Shown here one piece after another: positions 29,483 to 45,050 of a DNA stretch of 64,000 bases. The position numbers and the translations under genes are program-made. The stretch spans positions 44,020,001 through 44,084,000 of the forward strand of contig OX597827.1 of NCBI GenBank assembly GCA_951406725.2. Direction: 5' to 3'. The first letter of the stretch is position 1. Every line of letters begins with the position of its first letter. This DNA comes from Octopus vulgaris (Eukaryota). Below the pieces are notes generated by a model. The model did no database searches and had not been told where the DNA came from. It worked only from the letters and a program-made list of their open reading frames with translations.

Positions 29483-29633
29483 TATATATATACACACACA
29501 TGTTTATATACTCGTGTATGTGTATATGTAGACATATATACATATACATATATATATATAAAAAATGAATGGAGACAAGAAGTGGAACGAACCGACAAAT
29601 CGAAACGAACCTGATGCGGGGCGCTGTCAGACA

Positions 29634-29988
29634 ATAATGTGATAATTAAAAATATATGCATACAAACATATATGTACGTACCTACATCTACATGTATATA
29701 TACATGCATATATAAATAAATATACGTAAGTACAGGACGCCACAACAAGACGTAGAAACGGGAAAAGCAAAAATTTAACGACAAGTACAGGACAGGCTAC
29801 ACAAGGAAAAATCCAAAAATTTTTTACAAGAAAACAAGTGCAGGACAAGCTGTTTTTCCCGTTTCTACGTCTTGTTGTGGCGTCCTGTACTTACGTATAT
29901 TTATTTATATATGCTTGTATATATACATGTAGATGTAGCTACGTACATATATGTTTGTATGTATGCATATATTTTTAATTATCACATT

Positions 29989-29990
<2 letters not shown>
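29634..29990. repeat. Near-perfect inverted repeat, arms ~29634-29766 and ~29854-29990
   Basis: ..aagtacaggacgccacaacaagacgtagaaacgggaaaa mirrored by ttttcccgtttctacgtcttgttgtggcgtcctgtactt.. Confidence 0.95.
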
Positions 29991-30028
<38 letters not shown>

Positions 30029-30030
30029 AC

Positions 30031-30403
<373 letters not shown>

Positions 30404-30992
30404 ATAAGAACGTTAATTTAATTATCGATCTTATCAAGTGGCCAGCATGGGAATATAAACCTTCAAAGGTAATAATTATTATTTAAATTATAATTTAGGG
30501 TATCTAAGAGATACATCCACGCTGGAAATCGCAGCCAAAATTTAATGTTCTTTTAGAGTCAGGTTTTGGCTGCTATTTCCAGCGTGAATATATCTCTTAA
30601 ATACCCTAAATTATAATTTTATAGATAGATAGATATTTATATGCATACATAGGCATACAAATGTATACACACATACTCACTCACACATAAAGACAAACAT
30701 CTTCATACATATTAAATTCGCACGCACACACACACACACACTCACACACACGCGCGCACACACACATATATGCACACACACAAAATATGCAGAAGCTTGT
30801 CAAAGTTTTGTGCCGTTTATTGCATGACAATGCCAATGATTGTTGTGTGAATCGATAAAGATTTTAAGCCGTGTTGGATTAAATAAGCCGACTGCTTCAT
30901 AACTCTCAAAATCGTTCGTTCCGATTCGCTAATCTTCTGGCAATAAAAGACACTTTTACTTGTCATGCTGGAACAAAGTAGCGACGGATAAG

Positions 30993-31043
<51 letters not shown>

Positions 31044-31190
31044 TTGTGTGTGTTTGCTTGTGTCTGAGTGTGTATGTCTCAGTGAGTCCGACAGACAGAC
31101 AGATAAATAGATTCATAGGCAGATAGATAGACAGACAGACAGGCAGACAGACACAGAGAGATAGAGACACAGACGGACAGACAGATAGAT

Positions 31191-31307
<117 letters not shown>

Positions 31308-31329
31308 TATAGATAGATAAATATATATA

Positions 31330-31876
31330 TCTCTTATTATAAAAGGCAGATTTTATCTGCCTCCCTTTGTAACTTATAGAAATCTACAATATAGGATTTC
31401 TTCAATTACAATTTACCTAGCATTTTTAAGAGTAGAATGCATCGGGTCATGCCAGGTCCAGTTTTTAAAATTTAAACTCCAATTAAGCAAAATTTACAGA
31501 AAACTCACATTCTGGTGTGTATGTCAAATGCTTTTCTTAATGTGGTTTACACCACACGCACACGCGCACACACAGTGTGCAACGAATAAAATGAAAGTAA
31601 ATAGCGACAGAGTGATTTGAGGAAGACTAAACTGAAAGTATTTAAACCACTACTCAAAAAATAAAAAAACACAGCAAACAGAAACAAATAAATACATAAC
31701 GATTTACTCCTCATACAATTTCTTCAATTAGAGTTTACCTAAGATTTTTCAAAGTACTCCATTCGGTCATGCCATAATATATTTCTTTCAATTTCACCCC
31801 CAATTAAGACAAAATTCGAGAAAACTCAATATTTTAACATTTCACTCCGAAAGCATTGATGTACATGTGTGCGTGC

Positions 31877-31935
<59 letters not shown>

Positions 31936-33021
31936 ATGGGTTGTGCGACAAAGAAAGTGTGGTGTGTAAGTGAAGTGCTTTTGTTAGTGTGTGTAAAGAG
32001 ACAGACAGAGTGAAAGACAGAAATAACTGAACTTTTTTATTCACTTTTTGTAGTGAGTGACTGAGAGAGAAAAGAGAGAGAGAGGTTATGTATGTATATA
32101 TGTATGTATGGCTTCAGTGACACACACACACAAAAACACATACCTACGTACACCTAAAGCACGCACACACACACACACAAGCGGAGCGCGAACTTCAAAA
32201 TTTTGGTAGTATTAATTTGCGAGCGTACTTCTAAGCGCGCGTAATTGAAAGTTTTCACTATGATATCATCACGTGCGAAAAAATTCGAAGGGTTTTGAAC
32301 AATTGAGATACACATGTCACGCCTGTATTGAAACCATTGCTAAGCTGCCGTAATTGCTTAATTAAGACTTTGTTTAAATTGAAAGGGGCAAATATGTGAC
32401 GAGGTTGAAAAAAAATACCCCAGAAAAAAAAATGTACTGCTGGTATTTATATAATTCACTACTATTTTGCTACAATGTCATGAAAAAGAAAAAATTTAGG
32501 TATGTAAATCGAATTCGCCACCCCCTTTTCCCCGTTCGCGTTTGTGTAAAAAAAATTATTATTTAAGTTTAAAAAATTATTTACTTTGTTCAAAAAATAT
32601 TAATATTAATTAATTTTCAAGAATTATTTAATTTTATTCTGTAAAATAGTAATTAATTCATTTATCTGTAAATCCGCGAGGTTGTTACTCAGGCACCTAG
32701 AATGGTAACCTTCAACTAACACTATCTCCTCCGAGACCCTGCGGCGCAAGTTGACCAAAATTGAGAGTATGGTAGAAGAAGGGTTGCTCTTCCTTCCGTA
32801 GAACATAAAATTCAAATCGGACCATGTTAACACCAAAAATTATTTACATCAAAAAGATGCTTTTTTCTATGAAAATCCCTATTTTTTACGATTTTTTCAC
32901 TGCTGTGTCGCCACTTTTCGGTGTATTTCGACCAGAAAAATGTTCACAAAATTTTTACTTTTCAAAATTACAATTCCAGCGGGTCGAAACAAACCCGAGC
33001 AACGCCGGGCGATACTGCTAG
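31330..33021 (+). mobile_element. Non-autonomous Helitron
   Basis: 5' A|TC(TCTTATTATAAAA); 3' hairpin CCCG-AGCAACGC-CGGG (32994-33009) then CTAG|T; no TSD; sits within (TAGA)n; internal ~110-bp subrepeat at ~31395 and ~31718. Confidence 0.85.
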
Positions 33022-33024
33022 TAT

Positions 33025-33111
<87 letters not shown>

Positions 33112-33358
33112 CAAACACACACACAGACACACACAGACACACACAGACAGGTAGGTAGGTCGGTAGGTAGGTAGGTCGGTAGGTAGGTAGGTAGGTAGGT
33201 AGGTAGGTAGGTAGGTAGACATACATATATACATACATACACCTACATATTTATAATTGTACGCTTTTGTATACATGAAGGTGTTAGTTCATACATGCAT
33301 GCCTACATTTCAGGGTATATATGTATGTATATGTTTGTGTGCCTGCGTAAGAAGATGC

Positions 33359-33424
<66 letters not shown>

Positions 33425-33604
33425 TAAATAATTAGGGTTCAGCAACGATTTGCCTCACCACACACCGAATTTAGAAATAGCAGTCAAAAAGTCTTGGCTA
33501 TTCCTTCTACTTTAAAGGGAGATCCCAGTAAAACCAAAGCACTCAAGAACAAACCACGCAGGTAAAAGAGAAAGAAATGACGAAAATCATTCTATATTAA
33601 GTTG

Positions 33605-33695
33605 CCTACGGACGCGCGTTTCGGAATTAAGCCAGTATAGAGCATAAAAAATAAATAATTATACCTTACCCGACTATTTTCCTCATCAGCGTAGG
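33605..33695 (-). ncRNA. Type-I minimal hammerhead ribozyme, fully canonical core
   Basis: Minus: CCTACG-CTGATGA-GGAA..52 nt..TTCC-GAAAC-GCGC-GTC-CGTAGG; 6-bp stem I, 4-bp stem II base, palindromic loop 3, GUC triplet. Confidence 0.9.
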
Positions 33696-34139
33696 ATTCT
33701 TCAATTATAAATAATTGCCTCTCAATTATTAATAATTGTGTATTAAATTTAAAGGCACTAGAAAATATCACTTCACCTCACGGTATCAGAGAGAACGTAT
33801 ACCTTGCTAGTACCGCCAAATTCAAAACGTGAATGAGAGTAAGTCACTCTCCCCTGTCCACCAGCGTGTTGCTAAAGTAAGATGCTACAGTTTTTTTCTG
33901 GGAGGAAATACCATTATCAATAATAACAAAATGTATATGCATTCATTAACTCACAGATCTTCAGCATACACACACACAAATACTCACATATATTTCTATA
34001 TATCTATCCATCTATCTATTTGTGTGTGTGTCCGTGAGTGTGTGTGTGTATGTGTGTATGTATTTATGGCGTGCGTATGTGAGTTAATTATATTCTGTAA
34101 CATGAGTTGTTAGATGTACGTTTATTACTAAACACCAAA

Positions 34140-34449
34140 TGATCACCGTGATCGCCGTGGCCGACCACGCTATCAGATGTTGCTACACATCGCCGGTCAA
34201 GATGCGCTTCGCATTGTTTTAGCCTTCAAATGACGCCACCCCGCTGGCTAAGAGAGCAGGCCAACAGAAGAAAGAGTAAGAGAAAGTTGTGGCGAAATAG
34301 TACCGCAGGGATCGCAACCACCCCTTGTTGGAGCCTCGTGGAGCTCTAGGTGTTTTCGCTCAATAAATACTCACAAGGCTTGGTCTGGGAATCGAAACCG
34401 CAATCCTACAACCGCGAGTCCGCTGCCCTAACCACTGGGCCATTGCGCC
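34140..34449 (-). mobile_element. SINE family 3
   Basis: Reverse complement of the 23588 head and body. Confidence 0.85.
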
Positions 34450-34628
34450 TCCAAACACCAAAGTAAAGTTACTAATAGCATTCTTTCACTGACTCTTTAA
34501 AGTGTACTACTCAAACACTTATAAGCAAGCACGCACACAGACATATCCATATGCGTATATATACACGCTTACATGCATACGCAGGCATACAAACGCTTAC
34601 ATATACATATATATACACACACACACAC

Positions 34629-34690
<62 letters not shown>

Positions 34691-34692
34691 GC

Positions 34693-34723
<31 letters not shown>

Positions 34724-34757
34724 TAGACAGATGTATCTAGAAACGAAGGCAAATATG

Positions 34758-34790
<33 letters not shown>

Positions 34791-35204
34791 GTGTATATAT
34801 ATGAATGTATGTATGTATATATACATTTATATATGTACAATACATATGAATATTTGTGTATATATATATACATATATATATTACGGAGATGTACTTGCAT
34901 AGCAAGTGATTTGATCTGAGATCGTGTGCTGGAACGAAAATAATTGCAGCGTGGAAGGTGTTTGTAAGCCATTTAAGAAACACACAAAAGCCGTTCGATT
35001 CACTTAAACTTAAATGTTGAAGTGAATCGAACGGCTTTTTGTGTGTTTCTTAAATGGCTTACAAACACATTCCACGCTGCAATTGTTTATATATATATAA
35101 ATAATCAGAATATGGAGAAATATTTTGATTAACAACCAAATTAGACCACATCGGTAGATTATTTTACAATACAAAACATGACATAACATTTCTATGGCAT
35201 AACA

Positions 35205-35320
35205 TTTCTTACGGCCGTTTCCGCTTCCAATATTAATCGGAGCTTACGAAATAATTTCGAAATAATTTTCGTCATCTTCATAGCACATTCGATCTAGTAC
35301 ATGGAGCTTCGTCAGAGTGA
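35205..35320 (-). ncRNA. Hammerhead motif with long stem II (mirror of 35451-35560)
   Basis: Minus: CTGACGA-AGCTCC...GGAAGCG-GAAAC-GGCC-GTA. Confidence 0.6.
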
Positions 35321-35450
35321 ATACATATGCGTACAATGATATAGGTATATATGTGCGTTTGTGTGACTGTGTTTGCATGTGAACGTGCATTTATACGCAT
35401 ATGGATATGTCTGTGTGTGTGCTTATAAGTGTTCGAGTATGCGTGTGCAT

Positions 35451-35560
35451 TCACTCTGACGAAGCTCCATGTACTATATCGAATGTGCTATGAAGATGAC
35501 GAATATTCATTTTCTGTCGTAAGCACCGACTAATATTGGAAGCGGAAACGGCCGTAAGAA
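35451..35560 (+). ncRNA. Hammerhead motif with long stem II
   Basis: CTGACGA (35456)-AGCTCC...GGAAGCG-GAAAC (35545)-GGCC-GTA; stem I only 2 bp (CT/AG). Confidence 0.6.
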
Positions 35561-35827
35561 ATGTTGTCATGATTTGTATTAAAAAAATAATCTACAGATG
35601 TGCTCTAATTTGTTTGTTTGTTGATCAAAAGTTTACTCCATTTTCTGTTTACTTAAATTTGATTCCTGATAAACTTTTGTTTATTTTGTTGTTACTTGTA
35701 CCCTATGAGCATAGTGTGCCTGCATACCCATGTCCAGGGATAGCACAGGTAACTGATACCGATAGTAAATACGGATATTTCTATCCCTTAGTCGGTTACT
35801 ATAACTGCTAACTCTGCTTACCTATAG

Positions 35828-35869
<42 letters not shown>

Positions 35870-36072
35870 TATATATATATATATATATATAAATATGCAG
35901 CACAGAATTTTATCAGTGAACAGGTCGCGGTCCCAAAGAGAAGAAAATATTTTGGCAAATTAAATTTTAATGTTGAAGTGAATCTAACGGTTTTTGTGTG
36001 TTTCTTAAATGGTTTATGAACACCTTCCACGCTGCAATTGTTTTCGTTCCAGCGCACGATCTCAGACTAGTC

Positions 36073-36624
36073 ATGGCTGTGTTGTAGAGTTGTTTACTTC
36101 CTAATCTCATGGTTCCGTGTTCAGTCTCCATACGTGGCACCTTGGGCAAGTGTCTTCTACTATAGCCTTGGGCCGACCAAAGCCTCGTCAGTGGATTTGG
36201 TAGTCGGAAACTGAAAGAATCCTATTGTGTGCGAGAAGGGGTGTATGGCAAAGTGTGACTGTGAGGTAAGATGTTTGCTTCCCAACCACATGGTTCCGGG
36301 TTCAGTTCCACTGCATGGCACCCCGGGCCAACCAAAGCCTTGTGAGTGGATTTGATATGCCGAAAAAATGCTGTTGTGAGTATGTGTGTGTGTCTTTGTG
36401 TTTTGTGTCTGCATTCCATACCACTGCTTGACAACCGGTGTTGGTGTGTTTACATCCCTGTAACTTAGCGGTTCGGCAAAATGGATCGATTGAGCAATAG
36501 GATACATACTAAAAAGCTTAAAAGAAATTTAGGCGCTGGGGTCGATTCGTTCGACTAAAATTCCTCAAGGCTAAGCCCCAGCATAGCTGCAACCTAATGA
36601 CTGCAATGAATAAAAGATAAAAGA
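36073..36624 (+). mobile_element. SINE family 1, two tandem 5' halves plus 3' half
   Basis: Homology to 13707-14155. Confidence 0.8.
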
Positions 36625-36674
36625 GGGAGAGAGACAGAGTGTGTGTGCGTGTGTGTGGGTGTGTGTATGTGTGT

Positions 36675-36719
<45 letters not shown>

Positions 36720-36917
36720 AGTGTGTGTGTGAATTATATAAAGAAAATGAACTCTTCCAAGCACGTTCTTAATTGTAGATTAAACTTAAAATTTACAAGG
36801 AGAGTAAAAATACATATAATATCTTAGCGCATGATAATGTAATAAAAATGTATGTAAAATATTCCCCCCGGTGACACAAATATACAACCTGAACAAATGC
36901 AGACCAAACTCAACATA

Positions 36918-37094
36918 CGCTGGAGTGACTGTGTGGTAAGTAGCTTACTTACCAGCCACATGGTTCCGGGTTTAGTCCCACTGCATGGCACCTTGGGCAA
37001 GTGTCTTCTACTATAGCCCCGGGCCGACCAAAGCCTTGTGAGTGGATTTGGTAGTCGGAAACTGAAAAAAGCCCGTCGTGTGTGTGTGTGTGTA

Positions 37095-37127
<33 letters not shown>

Positions 37128-37325
37128 GTGCGTTTATGTTTGTGTGTCTGTGTTTGTCCCCCTAACATCGCTTGACAACTGATGCTGGTGTGTTTGCGTC
37201 CCCGTCAGAATAAGTACTAGGCTTACAAAGAATAAGTCCTGGGGTCGATTTGCTCGACTAAAGGTGGTGCTCCAGCATGGCCTCAGTCAAATAACTGAAA
37301 CAAATAAAAGAATAAAAAATAAAAA
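36918..37325 (+). mobile_element. SINE family 1, near full length
   Basis: Homology to 13707-14155. Confidence 0.9.
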
Positions 37326-37966
37326 GCAGATCTACGAAAAATGCATACGTTACACTCAAAGACCACAATGACAACTTCAACACCGAAATTAATCTTACAT
37401 GAAACGCAGTAATTCGGACCAACAAGAATGTACGATACTGAATACTCACTATGCAAAGTCTTCGACGAAGCCAAATATGTAAATATTCACCAGTTTTAGA
37501 ACATGTGAATATAGAGATCGATGCACACTCATCCAATTTGACATCATCGAATGTTATCCATTAATCACTAAATTCCGTTTTCATAAAGCCATGCAGATCA
37601 CATCTAAATCCACAACCATAACATCAAATGAGCTTAAAGCTTTAATACATTCTAGACGTTCTTTCTTGTTTTAAAAAAAAACGATGCTGGGCAAACAACA
37701 TGAAGAAGCATTCCAGTGTGAATGAATATATTAACATCATCATCATCATCATCATCACTTAACGTTCGCTATCCATGTGGGCATGAGTTGGACGGTTTAC
37801 CCAGATTGGCAAACTGTGGAGCTCTGTCAGATTCCCGTCTGATTCAACTTGGTTTTCTACGGCTGGATGCTCTTCCTAGCGCCAACCACTTTACCGAGTA
37901 TGCTGGGTGCTTATACGTGGCACCACACGAACGCTTTTACGTGCCGTTTTCAAAGCTTTACAGAAA

Positions 37967-38052
37967 ATATACGCGTTTCACCAAAATGCCGTGATAATTA
38001 CACAACAGTGATAGAAGCATTGTGCAATCTTAGACTTCAGCTCATCAATGTA
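37967..38052 (-). ncRNA. Decayed hammerhead motif (C3U)
   Basis: Minus: TACA-TTGATGA-GCTGA...TTGGT-GAAAC-GC-GTA-TAT. Confidence 0.45.
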
Positions 38053-38091
38053 GTACAACAAACACAGCACTGCATAATGTTTGTACAACTG

Positions 38092-39105
<1,014 letters not shown>

Positions 39106-39470
39106 GGATTGTTTAAGGATGTTGAACGAAACAACCATGTTTCCAGAGGTGAATTATTCAAACCCCAAACAATCCCTCTCAACACATGGCTATGATGCTC
39201 CCCAACTACTTCTGCTCGTGATCAGAGATGCACATATCGTCAGCCACTAAGGGACATGGTTAACTGGTTAAGGTCAAACAACTGACAAGCAAATCTGTGG
39301 TATAGAGCAGAATATTTGCTGTAGCCTATCTTTTATACCAAGACAAAACAATGTACATGATAACACTTCCAATCAATTAAGATCAGGAACCATGAGAGCC
39401 ACTGCTTGGTACTACATCAGGGCATTATTTTTATTATTATTATTACTATGTGTGTAAGTATATACATGAA

Positions 39471-39807
39471 GGCGCATGGCTCAGAGGTTAGAGCGTCGAG
39501 CTTACGATCGTGAGGTTGTGAGCTCGAATCCCGGACCGGGCTGCGTGTTGTGTTCTTGAGCAAGGCACTTTATTTCACGTTGCTCCAGTTCACTCAGCTG
39601 TAGAAATGAGTTGCAACGTCACTGGTGCCAAGCTGTATCGACCTTTGTCTTTCCTTGGATAACACTGGTGGCGTGGAGAGGGGAGGCTGGTATGCATTGG
39701 CGACTGCTGGTCTTCCATAAACAAAATCGCCTGGACTTGTGTCTAGGAGGGTAACTTTCTAGGTGCCATCCCATGGTCTGCGTCGTGACCGAAGGGGGTC
39801 GCCGAAG
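39471..39807 (+). mobile_element. SINE family 4, best-preserved copy
   Basis: GGCGCATGGCTCAGAGGTTAGAGCG..CTCGAATCCC head; gtgttcttgagcaaggcactttatttcacgttgctcc domain. Confidence 0.85.
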
Positions 39808-39854
39808 TATATACATACATACATACATACATATACACATACATACATATATAT

Positions 39855-39944
<90 letters not shown>

Positions 39945-40391
39945 TCCCTCCATCTGCCAAAAATTATTAACCAAATACTTATATACTATAGCGAGTAAAC
40001 TTCAAATCAGTCGTTTTCCAACGAAAATCCTTTCACAGCTATGCGGGCAAGCATAACGAAGCACCTGGCCATAGCAACTTCACAAAAAAAAAACGCAACC
40101 ACACATAAGTCACCCAGCATAAGGAACGGTGAGATTGTACTTAAACGAAAAAGACGAACTAGTTCAATCTGCCGTTTGGCATGATTATTACAACCGAAGT
40201 GGCAAAGCAATTTCTACTCTTTAGACAGCAATCAGTTCTTAAATTTCCATAAATATTTAATAACTTCAGCAAAATTATTAAATATTTCTTTTCATATGTA
40301 TTAGTATGGATTATAGTATGCATATATATAGATAAGAATACATAGACAAGCACTGACACATCTACGTACATATATATATATATATATATAT

Positions 40392-40506
<115 letters not shown>

Positions 40507-40592
40507 TATTGTGTATGGCTGTATATGTCTACATATATATAAATATATGTATGTATATATTTCACTGTTTCCTATATACATGTATATATGTA

Positions 40593-40629
<37 letters not shown>

Positions 40630-41104
40630 ATATATATTAATGCATATGGTATCTACATATATATTTATTTATATATGCACGGTAATATACATGTGTATAT
40701 TAATATATAATATATATACGTAAACATATATATATACATGCATATATACGCATATATAAACATATATATATATATATATATATATAACAGGAAAATACGT
40801 ATATATAGATATATATACATACATAAATATATATATGTATGTATGTATATATATATATATATACACACACATACATACATACACAGGTAGTGTAAATTGA
40901 AAGGAGCTATTCTTTCAAGCATGCCGTGTTGAAAACGTGACTAAAGTAATTTTTGCAAAGATAAAAACTTTCTGAAAAGCTCCTCCAGTTCATGGATTGG
41001 ATTTTATTCATCTATTTTGTTTGTTTTTTGTATATCACTTATATACAATCGCACATGGTCTCACATACATACTTGTACACATGTTTGATCACACAAATGG
41101 ATGC

Positions 41105-41173
<69 letters not shown>

Positions 41174-41253
41174 TATATATACCAACATGTATACACATAT
41201 ACATATCTGAACTTACATACATGCATATATATATATATATATGTACATATATA

Positions 41254-41334
<81 letters not shown>

Positions 41335-41525
41335 GTATGTATGTGTGCATGTGTGTATTATGTATATTATATATATGTATATATTACGCTATGTGTTATA
41401 TTATTAAATATATATTATATATATTTAATATACACACAGGGACACGCAAATGCACACACACACATATATATTACATATATATTTTATATATATATATGTG
41501 TGTGTGTGTATATATAATTATTATA

Positions 41526-41563
<38 letters not shown>

Positions 41564-42155
41564 TTCTTTATGTGTGCTTATATATATATATGTGTGTGTG
41601 TATGTGTGTACGATATCACACACGGCAATTGATATTATAAAAGTCAGGTAGGTGTGGCATTTTATAGCGATGAATGTTCTACATCACTGAATATTTGTAT
41701 ATACATCAATCATACGAAAGCTACGTGTGATGGTATTCATATATTTCTACATGATAATATCATTCTCTCACCGCCACTCCCGTGCCCTCCGCCTTCCTCT
41801 CTACTTGACTCTCACTCTATCGTGATATATCTTCATGCGTTTCTATCACTCACAACCTGTCCCTCTTCCCACCACCTCTACATTCACACAGACACAAACA
41901 CAAATACACACACACCACCACCACCACTATCATACACACACACACACACTTCTTGATACTTGTATTTATGGGTTGATTTCAACGTGTGTGTATGTATGCA
42001 GGTGTGTTTTCGAATATGCGTAACAGATTCTTCGGGGTATGTGTTCTTCGTCTATGTATTTGCGAAGAGCGCGTGAGTATTATCTGTATTTGTAAACACA
42101 CTTATATGCACACACATACATACACACATTCACACACTCACTCACACACACATTC

Positions 42156-42193
<38 letters not shown>

Positions 42194-42267
42194 ACATGTA
42201 TATAAATATATGTATATATTTATATATATGTATATATATATATATGTATCTATAAATACGTATATAT

Positions 42268-42299
<32 letters not shown>

Positions 42300-42302
<3 letters not shown>

Positions 42303-42490
42303 TAATCCAAACGGGAAACAAAAAAACAACAACAATGGAACAATTACAGTATTATTATTAATAGGCGCTCAGGAAATGGAAGCAGGGAGGTATGACGTTT
42401 CGAGCGGAGCTCTTCGTCGGAAACATAAAGAAGGAAGAGAGAGGAAAGAAAGATCCCGGAGCGGGCAACGGAGATAGAGAAAAAAACGGC
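42300..42490 (-). mobile_element. HHR mini-element family C (HHR 42390-42424)
   Basis: Minus: TTT-CCGACGA-A-GAGC-TCC-GCTC-GAAAC-GTC; tail homologous to 38520-38626, ends at (TA)n. Confidence 0.7.
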
Positions 42491-43149
42491 TGGTGTTAGG
42501 AGTAGCACATGGTGAAAGGCGGATGTTTACGATAACAAGAGCAAAGTGGGTTTTTAAAGGCAAAAGAGTGGAGACAAGGTTGGTAACGCAACAGATGTGT
42601 GTGTATGTGTGAGTGTGTGCGTGTGCGTGTGTGTATGTGTGTGTGTGAGGCGAGGTAAAAAAACAAAAAATATATGTATGTGTTAGTGTGTGCGTCTGTG
42701 TGTAGGCGTGTGAGGTAGGGCGAGACGGTGGTCAGCATAGCAGCAGCATAGCAGACAAAGGTCAGTAGTGAGAAAAGGGAGGAAGGAGGAAGGGAGGGGA
42801 AGGGGTGGGGGCGTATGTAGCGTGCCAGCGTGTGTTGAGTAGTAGTGTGTGTGTGTGTCCAGTGTCGTGGTAGTATTAGTGGCGAGTAGATTGAATGTGT
42901 GTAAGAGTGATGTATATGTTTAAGCAATGTGTGTATATGTGTGCGCGTGTGTGTAACGAAAAAAAAAAAAAAAAAAAAGGGGGGGGGGGGTTAGGAAAAG
43001 GACTCCAGCGGAGGGGAAGATGGAAGAGTGGTCCCGCGGAGACGGGCGTGGGAAAACCCAACGACAAGCGACATCCCAGGAACGGGCGGGAGGTCTCGTC
43101 GGGTCCAAGGGCGAGGTGCATGCGGGGCGCATGCGTGCGCGAACCGGCG

Positions 43150-44390
43150 CAAACGCGTGTGTGCGCGAGCCTGCGAGTGTGCGCGTACGTATGTGTGCGT
43201 GTGGATGTGTGAGTGTGTCTGTGTGTATGTCTGGGTGGCAGTGTGTCCGATGAATGTATGTGAGTATGTGTGTATATATGTGTGTGCATAGATGTATGTC
43301 CGTGTGTGTGTGTGTGTGTGTATGTGTGTATGAGTGTGTATGTATGTACGTGTGGGTGTGGGGAAGTGTGTGTATGTGCATGTGTGTGCGCGAACATACA
43401 GGTGTGTGAGTGAGTGCGTGTGTGTGTATGTATGTGTGAGTGTGTATGTATGTGTGTGTAGGATGCATGTATGTGTATGGGTGTATGTATGCGTGTGTGT
43501 ATGTATGTATGTGTACGTGCGTGTGTGTGTGTGTATGCGTGTAGGTGTGCGCGTGTGCATGCGTGCATGTATGTGCGTATGTGTGTGTGTGTGCATGTGT
43601 GTGGGTATATATGTGTGTGCGTATATGTGTGTGTATGTGCGTACATGTGTGTGTGTGTGCATGTGTGTGTGTAGGTGTGTAGGCGTGTGTGTATAGGTGT
43701 ATGTATGTAAGTATGTATGGGTGTGTCCGTGTATGTGTGTATGTATGTGTGTGTATGTAGCTGTGTGGGCGTGTGTATATGTGTGTGTATGTAGGTGTGT
43801 AGGCGTGTGTATATAGGTGTATGTATGTATGTCTGGGTGTGTCCGTGCATGTTTGTGTGTGTGTGTGTATGCATGTGTATGTAGGTGTGTGTGTACGTGT
43901 GTAATGTATGTGTGTATGCGTGTGTATGCGTGCGTGTGTGTATGTAGGTGCGTGTGTATGTGTGTGGGAGTGTAGGTGTGTGTGTGCGTGTGCGTGTTTA
44001 TGTTGGTGTGTGCGTATGTGAGTGTGAGTGTATGAGTGTTTGTCATGCATGTGTGTGCGCGTGCAGGTGAGTGTGTGTGTAAGTATGTGTGTGTGTATGT
44101 TTGTGTGAGTGTGTATGTGTGTATGTCTGTGTGTATGTATGTGCGTATAGGAGTATGTAGGTATGTGTGTGTGTATGTATATGGGTGTATGTATGTATGT
44201 GTGTGTGTGTGCATGTGTATAAGTATATGCGTGTGTGCGTATGTGTGTGTATGTGTATGTGTGTGTGTTTATGTATGTGTGTATGTATGTGTGTAGGCGT
44301 GAGTGTGTAGATGTATGTATGTATGGGTGTGTGTCAGTGTGTGTTTGTGTGTGTGTAGGTAGATGTGTGTGTCTGAGTGAGGGTATGGCT
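43150..44390. repeat. 1.2-kb degenerate (TG)n/RY tract
   Basis: Seen directly; source of the 300-500 aa His/Thr ORFs. Confidence 0.9.
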
Positions 44391-44456
44391 GTGTAATATA
44401 TATATATATGTGTGTGTGTGTGTATACGCATTTATAGAAACATATATATGTACATG

Positions 44457-44494
<38 letters not shown>

Positions 44495-44588
44495 AATATA
44501 TTTATATATATGCATATATATATATATATATATGTATCTATAAATACGTATATATACACAAGTATATATATAATATATATGTATATGT

Positions 44589-44631
<43 letters not shown>

Positions 44632-44645
44632 ACATGATGTATTTG

Positions 44646-44710
<65 letters not shown>

Positions 44711-44769
44711 GACCGATTAAATATAACAGAATGCGTATGGATAGACGTAATGCTACACGTGTACCCATG

Positions 44770-44814
<45 letters not shown>

Positions 44815-45000
44815 GCGTGTGTGATTATTTATGTTTTGCGCTTACTCTGCCTGCTTGCACGTGTTTTTGCGTGAGTAGATATATATGGCGTCCAAACTAC
44901 ATAGCGACATGCCTGAGCGGAGTTCTTTATATAAGATATGTTTATCTGTACAAAATATGAGCGAGAATACGATGCAGGTGTAAATACACTAAATTCACGA

Positions 45001-45050
<50 letters not shown>

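Noticed and set aside
30495-30500. TTAGGG as interstitial telomere
   Set aside because: Single hexamers only, no tandem array
42876-44431. Long ORFs of 332-503 aa
   Set aside because: His/Thr/Tyr translations of a degenerate (CA)n tract with no domain content
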